A stretch of 64,000 nucleotides of DNA from Octopus bimaculoides (GCF_001194135.2 NC_068996.1:22908540-22972539); one strand, 5' to 3'; counted from the first letter of the stretch, positions 22,030 to 34,831 are shown. The notes: generated by a model not told the origin, from the sequence alone. Translations and numbers: made by a program.

Positions 22030-23905
22030 TGATGGTTTGGCATTTGCTTGGTCATCAAATTAAACAGCCACCTCTTGGAACCTTTCGGCATTGAATGTTC
22101 AGTTTGCCAAGGATGTCCTCGCTCCCTACTTTTATATGTTTTGGCTTTATAACCCTTGCTGCAAAGGCTGGAGAATTTGAGGGGTATCCCATTCGAACTA
22201 GGCCTCAGGTGAGCTAGCTGTGTCTGCATATGCAGACAACATAACTATCATGGTGTCAGACTCTTCAGATATAGAAACAATCAACAATCTACTGAAAGAG
22301 TGTCAGGAATGTACAGGAGCACCGATAAACCAGGACAAGCCAGTAGGTCTGCAATCAGGCTCTTGGAGAGGCAAGTCCATATGGACTAGCAGTGATTTCT
22401 GTGACTGGACAGAGGGTCTGGTGAAAGTGCTCGGAGTCTGGTTCAAACCAGTTCTCCTGGCAGATATGAACTGGGAAGAGGTCATGACCAAGGTGGCCAA
22501 GCTCACCCAGAAATGGGCAGAAAGGAAGCTGTCTCTGAAAGGCCAAGTGGAAGTAGTGAATGCATATATTGCCTTGATAGTGTACTACTAAGGCAATATA
22601 GGCATTCACTACTTCCACCTGGCCATTGTACCTTGTCCCAAGAAAACTCTGACCAGAGTGGAGCACTTGCATTTTTTAATTCTTATAGAAGGGTCAGGCT
22701 CTGTTAATCAGAAAATCTATCAGCTGTCAACACCTACACCAAGATGATCTTAAGATGACATCTTTGATGATGTGGCATCATGCATTGAAGCTGACACACC
22801 TACATAAATATCTAAATCACTGATTTAGTGATTGTGTGAACAACAGTGACAAAAATAAGGGTGAACTGGTGTGGGCGTCCTTTGTACAACTCATCTCATC
22901 GATAGATCTGCAGTAATCGGTCAAACATAGACCAAAGTTAGACGTTTGGTATCTAGAATGTTGCTAGGCACTCACTGCAATGTACCAGCTGGACAAAACT
23001 GTTAGCAAGAAAACAACTCAAGATTTCTATAGGAGGCTGGTTGAGGGCATGAGTAACGATGGTCTAGGATTGACTCTGGATACTGATGAGAACAGTCTGA
23101 GTAGTCTCTTCCAGAGGACCTTGGAGTTGAAGATCATGGACAATTTCCAAAAGTCGTTGGCACTGCCTGTTTGAGACAGGCTCTTCAGGCATGGAAGTGC
23201 TAACAGCCAAATCTGCCAGAGATGTATGCAAGGAGACAAAACCGTTCTGCATGTAATCATTCAGTATCAGTGCATTAGAGGGTTGTGGGCTTGTGTAGGG
23301 CAGCTGCAGTCTTGTGCCAGACGAATTCAGCTGTCTGCCAAGTCTATAGTGAAGATCAACACATCACCTTTCTTTAGCAGAAGAAGGAAAGCAGATCTTT
23401 CTCTGCTCAGTGGCTGTGGCAAAAGAAGTTGTGTGGTGAACCGATCTGAAAGGTTTCAAGACAGGCACTTACCTATCTTGCCAAGCCCTCGTCAATTTCT
23501 GCAATGAGGGTAGAGAGGGAGGTGCTGCATTCTAATGTGTTTATCAAGAGGTGGACGACAGTGGCAAGACTAGTGAGACTGAATGGATCAACTGAGTATG
23601 CTTTTCAAAGCAAGAGGAAAAAAACAGGAAGTGGGCACTTTCCCATGCCTTGGGGATGGCAGACTGGAATTTTCGCATGGGATTTATCCTGAATCATCCT
23701 AATTGGACTGCCCTGCTATTGGGGATTCTAATTATTTATTTCTCTAATTTCTACTACATACCCTTTGTTATATCTTTTAATGTGTTTCCCTTTGATCAAG
23801 GCAAACCCCACTTGTTTTTGTTTTTGTGTGTTGTAACTCATCCTTTGATCTTGTCCTCTCTGTCTTGGGGTCTTGTGGCCAGTAAAAGAACTCAATATCA
23901 TTATT
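22030..23905 (+). mobile_element. L1/Tx1-clade LINE, 5'-truncated and decayed
   Basis: GHLLEPFGIECSVCQGCP, SAYADNITIMV, VKVLGVWF, NWEEV...W..RKLSLKGQVEVVNAY, C-terminal CQRCMQGDKTVLHVIIQ knuckle, T-rich 3' UTR ending in (ATT)n. Confidence 0.85.
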
Positions 23906-23919
23906 ATTATTATTATTAT

Positions 23920-24125
23920 TATTGCAACGAGCTGGCAGAATCATTAGCACAAAGGGCAGAATGCTTAGCGGTGTTTCGTCTGTTTTCCCGTTCTGAGTTC
24001 AAATTCCGTCTTAGTCGACTTTAGCTTCCATCCTTTCAGGGTCGATAAAATAAGTACCAGTTGAGCATTAGGGTTGATGTAATCGATTTACCCCTCCCCT
24101 GAAATTGCTGGCCTTGTACCAAAAT
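23920..24125 (+). mobile_element. SINE family B (tRNA-derived)
   Basis: gagctggcagaatc...ttctgagttcaaattcc...cctttcagggtcgataaaataagtaccag. Other copies at about 17040, 17450, 19640(-), 21640, 21805, 34460(-), 34630(-), 35755(-), 42740-43930, 58500, 60345(-), 62915(-) and 63880(-). Confidence 0.88.
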
Positions 24126-24130
24126 TATTA

Positions 24131-24176
<46 letters not shown>

Positions 24177-24499
24177 CATTATTATTATCATTATCATTAT
24201 TATTATTATCATTATTATTATTATTATTATTATCGATAAATGGCAGTATGTGTATTAGAACCATGGTAATGATTGTAGGAAGCAGAATACTCTTTTTAAG
24301 ACTGACCGTTTTAAATTAGCTTGTAAATATAAATAAATACCACCGAACTGACTAACAGAATTGATTGCTTAACAAGAGCTCCGAGAAAAACATGGATAAC
24401 GGGATGGTCATGCTAATTCACCAGCCTCTCCTGGGCCTTACTTAGTGAAAAGAGGTTTCCACTAGGAAGTAGGCTGATGATGTTGGTGGATGGATGGTC

Positions 24500-24783
24500 T
24501 ACTAAAGTAATTTATTTTGTCTATTATTGTCAGAATACAAATTGTTGATGTTTAATTCAGACTTAAGCTGTGAGTCAATATCAAAATATCTACGTGAATT
24601 AAATTTCGAAAAGTTATTTTTCATGTCCAAACGAACAACACCAAGATATGTGTACACGCGCGCGCGTGTGTGTATTCAGTTATAATAAAAACAATTTAAC
24701 ATTAAATCTGATGGGTTAGCCTATGCTTTTATAAAGTACAAAACGACGATAGATTAGAGCTAACCGAAACTTCGAAGTTGCTG

Positions 24784-24871
<88 letters not shown>

Positions 24872-27400
24872 TTAATAAATCATTTTTATATTTGAATTAA
24901 TATGCTATTACAGATATTATTTCTTAATCCAATAATAAACAGATATCACTTGAAAATATATATCCAAATTATTAGATGTTTGATATTATATTTATAAACA
25001 ATACGGATATATTTTTGTTTTCACAAAAGCGATATTGATTTATTAACCACAAAGGACAACAAAAAAGCTTTAAATGTATTATAAACAAACAAAATGCCGA
25101 AGCAATAAGGTTGTGATGAAAACGTAACAATAATATTAACAAGGAAATTAAATGAGAACGAAAACCAGAGTTATGAGACGAGAAATAATTAGTTGTTTTC
25201 CAAGCAATTTATTCAATTAATCTTTTTTAGCCCATTGGGATTCATACAACTAAACACTATTGGGGAAAAATTTTAATAAAATTAAGGTTTGATTTAAGGT
25301 GGGTTTAGCAGAATAGCAATAATGATATTGTGTAAGATTGTATACGATTTAGCATTGTCGAAGTATTTTAAATAGTTTGCGAATGCTCCACCAGCAGAAA
25401 GTACTTACTGTTGATCGATGTTGCCAATAATTGTAATAGTTAATATAATTTTTGCTAATAATAAGTACAGTCGTGTTAATATAAAAATTACAGTGTTACT
25501 TTTAGTTACGCAATATATATCAGCAGCATCTCAATATTATATATACAAATAATACAATACATTATGCTATTATAATTATTACGTCTACAGTAATTAGGTT
25601 TTACAGATAGAAAAAAAAAAGAACTCTCTTATTTGTAAGCTATATATTATTATGTAGCATCGCCTAATTTACTGTTGTTACTGACGTTAAATAAACAGTA
25701 GAAAAACAAACATACCATTGCGAATCCTGATAAAAGTGCTGATGTACGACTTGAGGCTTTCAATTTAGCTCGACCAAGATACAGCTTTCTCCACGATAAA
25801 ACACTTGCCGTGGTTTCATTTGTCATCGGAGGAAGCTGGATTTTAGGTATACTATTTGGTTGGGGATTCATTGTCAAAAAATAAATTTGATTTCGAAGGT
25901 TAAAGATATCGAATACAGGAGTCAAGAGAAACAGAGCACAAATTACAGAAAATAAAACAAGATACAGACGGATGCTACTCAGTGGTGGGGTGGGAGAGTG
26001 GAGTGGCTATTCACTTGACTAACAGACTGCTGGTTGTATTTTTAGACGTAAGATTGTTTTATAGTTTCGAAAAGAAAAAAAGACCCTTGAAAAATTTGTT
26101 TTAAATAAAGAAATGAGAAAAATTGTAAAATTTATAATCAAGATGTGTGTCATAAACGGTGAAGCTTCCTGTAAAATACGGTGATGACACAACACTTGTA
26201 TACGTTGAATAAAAATGCTGAAAGTCCATAGTTATAGAGGGTGAAATTGATAAGTTCGAAGCAATAGATCTATTATATCCTGTCAGCTACGCTGATGTCT
26301 GTGTTCGTAAAAAATCAACATTATAAACTCTCGCTACCTCACAGCCCATTTAACTTTTGGAGTTTCGCTTTTATTGTTGTTCTTGTTGATTTTTTTAAAA
26401 ACTCTGATCGAGTAAACATAATTGAACCCTTTCATTTGTAATCATCTCATCTTATATATCACTCCATTTTTCGACATATCCTACTCTACTTAAGACTGTA
26501 GGTGTGATTTTTTTAAAAGTAGATTTGGCTGCTGTTTCTTGCAGCTGGAGCGGTTACGTTGAGGCTTAGCAGCACTGAAATCAACAGGGAAACCATTCCA
26601 ATGTACAGCTGCAGAGCAGTGCCAGCTAATAATTTTTATCACCCACTGCACAGACACCTGCCTCTTAATATAGGTTTACATGTAATTGTTAATATGTATA
26701 AGAACGTAAAACCAAAATCATAGAATAACGGAAAATATTACAAACAGAAACGTCATTAAAATCTTTCTAATGAAACGTACAGTATTGCTTAAAATATATA
26801 CATTTAATAATATTTATTAATTATAAAATTAAAGTAATATGCACACTTGAAACAGCATTAGATTAAAATACTGATATGTATAAAATTTATAATGTGATGT
26901 CTACAAACGTAGAACAGCAGCACTTGTAATATTTTGTTTCAAACTTTTTAAAGAGACTTGCGTAAAACACATAGCTTCTCTTAGAATGCGGGCAAATAAA
27001 ATACACTCTAAAAAAGTATTAACATTGATTGATCCAATCACTAGTGATTCCATCTGACTGTTTTTTTGTATAAGCAATGAATCAAAAAATCCAGTATACA
27101 GCTCTCAAAAACCGGTTATCTGAAAGACTGCACACAGTCCAAAACTTTGTCTTGCTAATTTCCGTGAGATCCTATCATTGTATTATATATGCAGGTTGTT
27201 GTGGTGGTGGTAGTGGGAGGAGGGCGTTCACTTTGAACGAGAAAACAATTTGTGATTTACACTCTGGAGTCGATAAAATAAAGTGTCAGTCAAGTACAAG
27301 AGTCGAAATAAAATGACTGACCCATTCTCCCCCCACCCTATATCAGAAACAATTATAAGTAGGTAGCCCATACGCAAAGTCCTACAGAGACGCATTCAGG
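24500..27400 (-). promoter_or_regulatory. CpG-retaining, TE-poor region around Orai exon 1 (putative proximal promoter/5' UTR)
   Basis: By eye CpGs are much more frequent than in the flanks and few repeats are present. Includes CRE-like TTACGTCT (~26045, minus) and CCAAT (~27034). Confidence 0.5.
25716..25871 (-). CDS. Orai: Orai (CRAC channel pore subunit) coding exon 1: N-terminus, ETON helix and most of TM1
   Basis: Translates [52 protein letters not shown]. The [27 protein letters not shown] motif is diagnostic of Orai. ATG at 25871 has context ACAATGA. The exon ends at donor ATG|GTATGT (GT at 25715-25714). The track's TTG start at 25925 is not used. Confidence 0.97.
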
Positions 27401-27499
27401 AAGAACATGTTATGCATGATGTTCAGTTGAAGTTCGTTTTTATGTTGCAATTTTGAAATTTTTTGCATAAAAGCTTGATTGCTTCCACATTGGACACTA

Positions 27500-28220
27500 C
27501 CCTGATACAAAGAGTTGATCTGCAAACATAAAATTCTCAGGGCTGATGCCCTGCCTATGGCCAACGTCAACAGTCTACTCTGTTTGGATGAACTCCACAT
27601 CTCTATTGCACTCAGAGTGGGAGCTGACGTCTGTGGAGGACTGAGATGTTGCTGTGGTAGGTTCTCAACTCTACAGGCCTTCATGGTTTGTCTTGCCACC
27701 TAAATGCAGGTCGTTTTACTCGTTGCACTGACCTAAACCTGATCTTTGAGCAGACCCTGGCTTGGGTAAGTATCCCCTCAGTTATGGAGCCAGCAGGATT
27801 ATACAGAAGTGATGGGAAGAGACTAGATGGTCTTACCTTCTTCTCCGGGGTAAGAAGTAGGTGACTCAACTGGGATGCCACAGCCAGTGATTCCTTTGCT
27901 CCCTCCCAAATCCTGGATGCTGCAGTAAATGGGAGGGTCACTGCTTGCGTAGTTGAATGAAACCAAATCCTTAAGTATTGGGACTCATCAGTGAACCATT
28001 TCTTCCATCCTGTAGTGTTTGAGATGTTTGGAGGAGCTGGGTTGCTGGCATCAAAATTTTTGTCATCATTAGCAGCTCACCTTACCAATGTGTCAGGTGA
28101 TATCCATGAGGTTGCTTGGCTGTTTCAATGCCTTAGCCTTGCCATCACCCATGATAATGCTGCAAACATGTTGGCTTGCTACATTAGGTTCCATTACGTC
28201 TTTTGGTGTGCAACAAATTG
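27500..28220 (+). mobile_element. CRE-clade non-LTR retrotransposon 3' fragment (CCHC knuckle plus restriction-like endonuclease)
   Basis: DALPMANVNSLL...LHISIALRVG...CCCGR/GLHGLSC, GLYRSDGKRLDGLTFF...WDATASDSFAPS, FHPVVFEMFG...LSLAITHDNAA. This matches the CRE-type C-terminus (RxDGxRPDG, WDAT, PxxxETxG, LSLAIxRGNA). Confidence 0.8.
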
Positions 28221-30632
28221 ATGCACTTGGTGTTGAATTGATGTTTTTCTTCTTTTCGTTTCTTTTGTTTTGCTCCTGTTCATGTTTTCTCTGTTTTGGA
28301 TTAGTATTTTAATATGGAAATATCTTTATGTAATTAAGTTGTAGAATAGTTTCATTAAACTGAACTTTTCTTTTTCTTCAAAAAGAAAAAAATTACTTAG
28401 GCTTGGATAAAAAAATCTACGGAGTTGGAGTTAAACTTTATACTTCTGTACTCAGAACATCAGTCAAATAAACTTCAGAATATTTCAATTAAACTAAATT
28501 TCAGTATTATTTACTAACTGTATTTTTTTTTTTTAACAAAAAATAACTTTGTAGATAACCAAAATTTTTATACAAAGCTTTTGATATTATAACATGTTAT
28601 CTTATAAATAATGCTTAAGTGTGTATGCATGTGTCTTTCTGTCTGTGTGTTGCACCCACTCCACCGCTTTAGAAACATAGCTGGTTTGTTTACATACCTG
28701 TAACAAAGTGGTTCAGCAAAAGGAGTTGATTGAATAAGCACCAAACCAGTACAACTAAAACACTTCAGGGTGGTGCCCAGGATGGCTACAATCTAATATC
28801 TGAAATAAGTAAAAAATAAAGGATACAAGATATCTATCTATCTATCTCTCTAAATGTCAGTCTCTCTCTCTCCTTCTCGCTCTCTCTATCTATCTATCTG
28901 CTTGTCTGTCTGTCTCTCTACATATATCTGAGTGTATAACTGTATGCATGTATACAGCAATACCTTTACTCGTGTAATGCATGTGTATACTCTTTTCTTT
29001 TAGTCATGGGACTGTGACCATGATGAGACATACATATTCTTCCTTTTCTTTCACCTGCACTTAGAGTTCTCCCTCTCGCTCATTTTCTATATAACCTTTA
29101 CTCAGTATTCTCCCTCCCTCTCTTTAATGTTCTCATTTCACAAATAGTGTTCTCCTACCCCTTCCTTTTCAAAGTAATGTTCTCTCACTGTTCTTCCTTC
29201 GTTCCATCTCCATATAACCTTCACTTAACGTTCTCCCCCCACCTTCTTTTCTATATAACCTTCACCTAATGTTCCCCCACTCTTTCATTTTTTTATATAA
29301 CCTTTACTTAACGTTCTCCCTCCCCACCGCCTTCTTTTCTATATAACCTTCACCTAATGTTCCCCCTTGACTCCATTTTCTATATAACCTTCACTTAACG
29401 TTCTTCCCCCCACCTTCTTTTCTATATAACCTTCACCTAATGTTCCCCCTCGACTCCATTTTCTATATAACATTCACTTAACGTTCTCCCTCCCCTTATC
29501 CCTTCCTTTTCCACATGACCTTCACTAAATGTTCTCTCTCCACTTCATTTACTATATAACATTCCCTCAGTGTTCTCACTTCCCTTTATTTTCTATATAA
29601 CCTTCACTTAAGGTTCTCCTAACACGTCCTTTTCTACATAACATTCACCTAAGGCTTTAACGTTCAGATTACCCTGTCAAATGTAATGCTTATTTATTCG
29701 CCTTGTTTTGAATTAATCACGTAATATTTCATAGCTTACAATGACGCGATTGTTAATATTCCAGGGTAGGCAGTATGACCATTTAGGTCTAGCTACTTTG
29801 AACATAAGATGTAAAAAATATTTTGGCCTGATATTCTGTCAATACATATTTATTCACATTCTCAAGTTCATGATGCATTATCTCATAGCTTCAAGATTTT
29901 GATGATGTGATTGTTTATTTTAAGAATGACATTGTCAAATAGGTGTGAGAGGCTGGATCTGACCAGTTTGAACATAAAATGAGTAGAATATTTGGGCAGG
30001 GTATGACTGGTTTAATTGCTAAAGGGTTAATGTTTTCCTATACCTTTTCTATACAACCTTCATCTCCCAACACCCAGTTTATTTTCCATCTCATCTTCAC
30101 TCACTGTTCTCCCATCCATTCCTTTTATATATTATCTTCACAAAATATCCTCTCTTCTCTTTCATTTCTATATAATCTTCACTTAGTATTCTCCTTCCTT
30201 TTTTATACAGCCTAGACTTTGAGTTCTCCCCCTCACCCACTTCCTTTTCTCCACCTGTTTACTTTCTATATAACATTGACATCTATATAGGTGCAGGTGT
30301 GGCTGTGTGGTAAGAAGCTTGCTCCCCAACCCATGGTTCCAGATTCAGTCCCACTGTGTGGTGCCTTCATCAAACTATTTCTCTGTCATTTATAACTTTA
30401 TATATATAACAAATAGTGGCCCAACAAGATACCGATTTTGGCTGGAAATAGCAGTCGATAACCATTCAATGCTTGGTAAAGCTTCCCTGAATTTATTGGT
30501 ACCTTGTTGTGCCACTATTTCCTATTTATAATTCTACCTTTACGGTGCTTTATTTTGCTGGAAAATTATACTATTGCATTGTAATATTATCTATAATTCT
30601 TATAGATAAATATATAGACAGACAGACAGATG

Positions 30633-30667
<35 letters not shown>

Positions 30668-31023
30668 ACGCTCCACCACTGCTTGACAACCAATGCTGGT
30701 GTGTTTATGTACCTACAACCTAGCATTTCAGCAAAAGAAACCAATAGAATAAGAATCAGTTGATAGATTCGACTAAAAATTCTTCAAGGTGGTGCTCCAG
30801 CATGGCCGCAGTCTAATGACTGAAACAAGTAAAAAGTATGCTGCTCTCCTTTCTGTATAACCTCCATTCAGGGTTTTCTCTCCCCTTCATTTTTCATACA
30901 ACTTTCTTTTAGTGTTCTCCCTTCATTTCCATTTTGCATGAATCCATCACTTATACAGTTGTTATTCCCCTTCTTTCTCTTCATCACTTTTACTTAATGC
31001 TCTGCTTCATTCCCTTTTGTATA

Positions 31024-32117
31024 CAAGGGGGTGCCCAAAAGAAACTGGAATTTTGCAATATTATGTTTTTTCACTTAGTTTTACATGTTTACACTTTTAT
31101 CACCTTCAGAGTATTCTCCATCTGAAGCAATGTATCAGTCCAGATGCATTTTCCACTGTTCAAAGCAGCCCTGGAACTCTTTTTTTTCTTCACCTCTTCC
31201 ACATCTGCAAAACATTTTCTGAGCGAGATCGTTGCCAGTGCCCCTGGACTGGCTCTTGTGCGGGTGGCACATAAAAGACACCATTTCGAGCGTGGCCATT
31301 TTTGTGCGGGTGATACGTAAAAGCACCCACTACACTCTCTGAGTGGTTGGCGTTAGGAAGGGCATCCAGCTGTAGAAACTGCCAAATTAGATTGGAGCCT
31401 GGTGTAGCCATCCGGTTGCACCACTCCTCAGTCAAATCGTCCAACCCATGCTAGCATGGAAAGCGGACGTTAAACGATGATGAAGATGATGATGATGATG
31501 ACTCTTTTTATTTGGGGGAACAAAAAAAAGTTTCAGAGAGTAATATCAGGTGAATTGGGAGGGTAAGTAAGCAGGCTCATGCCATTTTTGGTTAGAAACT
31601 GTCACACACACTCACGGCAGTATGTGGAGGCACATTGTAATGATGAAAGTTTGTTAATTGTTTGGCAGTGGTTCTCCCAAGATCAGTTCATGAATTTTCA
31701 TGAGGTTTTCATTCCTTCAGTAGGCCAACGGTCGCCCTGAATAAGGTTGGTCCTCAAGCAACAAGTGCACATTCCTAAAGCATGAAAACCATTCATAAAC
31801 TTGTGTTTTGCTCATGGCAGCATCCTTGTAAACTGTTTGAAGCATAACAACTGTTTCAGACACCATTTTCCCCCGGCAGAAAACAGAATTTCATGGAAGC
31901 ATGCTGTTCTTTTGTTTCAGCCATCACAAAAATTGATGAACAGGGGAGAAGCTCTGCAAAACAAAGATGCATCCAGGTGGCAGTACGATAAGAAATGTTG
32001 TTGGTTGGCAGACTGATGTCTGAGGGTTGCATCAAGTAGCTTCGAGCAGCAGAAGCCTGAACTACAATGGGTTTGTCCTACAGAGAACATTTCCAGTTAC
32101 TTTTGGGTAGCCCCTTG
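31024..32117 (-). mobile_element. mariner DNA transposon, internally deleted, with both TIRs and TA TSD
   Basis: TA|CAAGGGGGTGCCCAAAAG ... CTTTTGGGTAGCCCCTTG|TA. Remnants MSKTQVYEWF...EDQPYSGRP, HHYNVPPHT...YPPNSPD, EFQGCFEQWK...DGEYSEGD. Confidence 0.88.
31205..31500 (+). mobile_element. RTE 3' tail nested in the mariner
   Basis: Ends ccaacccatgctagcatggaaagcggacgttaaac(gat)n. Confidence 0.85.
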
Positions 32118-34831
32118 TATAACCTTCATTCAGTATTTTCTTCTTATTTTTTTTATATAACCCTTAATGTTCCTCTCCACCTTCTTTTCAACATAATATG
32201 CTAATTACCCTTTAGCATTTAAACCAGCCATATCAAGCCCATTATTCTACATGTTTATGTTCAAACTGGCTAGATTCAGCCTCTCACACCTACTATACAA
32301 TGTCATTCTAAAAATATACAATCACATCATTGAAATTTTGACGTTATGAGATAATACATAGTTAATTCAAACCAATTTAAATAATAAACATTATATTTGA
32401 CAAAGTAATTCAAATTCTAAATGGCTAATGTCATCCCTTCTCTTCTTTCTCTATATGACCTGTACTCAGTGACCCTCCTCTATTCCCTATATAACCTTCA
32501 CTCAGTGTTCTCCCTCTCCTTCCTTTTCTACATTACTTTGACTTTAACATTCTCCCTCCCCTTCCTTTTCTATATTACTTTTGCTTTTTTCTGCATAACT
32601 TTCACTTTGAGTTCTTCATCCCATTCCTTTTCAATATAACAATCTTCAGTTAGTGATCTCCCATGCTTTTTTTTTCTATAAAACACTTCACTCAAGTGTC
32701 CTCCCTTTCTTTCCCTTTCTATGTAAACATCATTCATTCTTATCATTCCTCTTCCATCTCTAAATAACTTTCATTGTGGTCTCTATCTCATTTATTTTCC
32801 ATATAATACTCAGTTAATATTCTTCTTCCAGTTCATTCTCTGTGTAACCTACCCTTTGGGTCTTCCCTCACTTCTTTTTTTCTATATAACCATCAGTTAG
32901 GTTCTCATTCCCCTTCTTATTCTACACAACCTTCACTTAACATCTTCTTACACCTTCCCTTTCTATATAACGTTCACTCAATGATCTCACATTTATTTCC
33001 TACATAACGTTCACTCAGTGATCTCTTTCCCATACATTTTGCATATAACCTTCAATCAGTTTTCTCCCTCAACTCCCATTTCTATATAACTATCATTTAA
33101 TGCTCTCCTTTTCTTTCAATGTCTATATAACCATCACTTAATGTTTTTCCTCCCCTACACTCACTATTCTCCCTTCCCTTCCATTTCTATATAACTTTCA
33201 CTCAGCCACCCCTTCTGCTTAATTTTCCATTTAGCCTTCATTCAGAATTCTCCCATCCCTTTTTTTTTCTAAATAACCTTCACTTAATGTTCTCCTTTCT
33301 CTTCCTTTTTTTCATATTATGTCTACTTAGTAATCTTCCTCCCCTTCTTTTTCTACAAAATTTTACATTCCTCAATAACCTTCACTCAGTGAGCTGCCAT
33401 CCATTTATTTTAAATATAACTTTTATCCAGTATTCTCCATCACTTTCTATTCCTATATTACCTACACTCAACGATCTCGTCCTGTTTTTTTTTTTTACAA
33501 CCCCCACTTTGTTTTCTATATAACCTCCACTCATAATGTTTCTTAAGTTTCTCCTCACCTTTTTCTATATAACAGTCACTTAATGAACTCCATTCTCTTC
33601 TTTATGCATATCACCTGCATTTAGTGTTCTCTACTCCTCTTTTCCGTTTCTATATAATCTTCCTTAGTGTTTTCCATACAATTCGTTTTTCTCCAAAAGC
33701 ATCAATCAGAGATCTCTCTTCCCTTCCATTTCTATATAACCATCACTATTACTTTCCTTCTTCCATTTGTTCCTGTCTATAACCATCATTTATGGATCAC
33801 TCTCCTCTTCCTTTTCTATACAACCTTCATTTAATATTCTCCTCACCCTTTATTTTCTATATAAACTTTACTCAGTGTTCTCCCTCCCAGTGCTCTTTTA
33901 TATAAACTAAACTTAATGGTCCCCTCCCCTCCTTTCCTATATATATCCTTCACTCAGTGATCTCCCCCCTATTTATTTCCTATATAACCTTCCCTTAGGG
34001 ATCTCCCTCTCTTTCCTTTCCTACATAACCTTCACTTAATATTCTCCCTCCTATTTATTTTCTATATACCCTTCACTTAGTGTTTTCCTCACCTTTATTT
34101 TTTATATAACCTTCCCTCAGTATTCTCCCTCCCCTTCTTTTCCTATATAACTTGCATTCAGAGTTCTCCCTTCACTTTTTCTTCAATATAACCATCACAT
34201 TATTGCCTCCTCACTCTTCAATTTCTATATAATGTTCAATCAGTAACCTCCCTTCTGTTTATTTTCTACATAACATTCACTGTCTTTTCCCTCCCCATTC
34301 TTTTCCATGTAGCTTTCATTTAATGTTCTCCATGTTCTTCCTCCACAATGTAACCATCACTTAAGGTTTTCCATCACCTTTATTTCCTATGTAATCTTCA
34401 CTCAGTGATATAATCCACTTCCTTTTCTATAGTACCTTCATTTAATATTGCTTTCAAATTCTGGCATAAGGCCTGACTTTTTTGGGTAGGGTTATGTTAA
34501 TTACATTTGTCCCAGTACTCAACTAGTACAACTCAGAATGTAAACATGGATGAAATACTACTAAGCACTTTGCTTAACAAGCTAACAACTCTGTCAGCTT
34601 GCCACCTTAATAATAATGATAGTAATCCTTTCTGCTATAGGCACAAGGCTTGAAATTTTGGGGGAGGTTAATTACATTGACCGGTGTTTCACTGGTGCTT
34701 AATTTATTGACCCTGAGAGGGTGACAGGCAAATCTGACCACGGCGGAATTTGAACTCAGAACACGTAGTGATGGGTGAAATACCACTAAGCATTTTGCCT
34801 GGTGTGCTAACAATTCTGCCAGCTTGCTGCC

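Larger units (their letters stand above)
2637..25715 (-). other. Orai: Orai intron, 23,079 bp, phase 0, TE-filled
   Basis: GT-AG ends join GFAM|VAMVE, the same junction position known for human ORAI1. Confidence 0.93.

Noticed and set aside
25650-25715. ORF continuation [21 protein letters not shown]
   Set aside because: Intron read-through past the GTATGT donor. The conserved VAMVE continues in exon 2.
25872-25925. N-terminal Orai extension from the track's start at 25925
   Set aside because: That codon is TTG. The first ATG, in good context, is at 25871.
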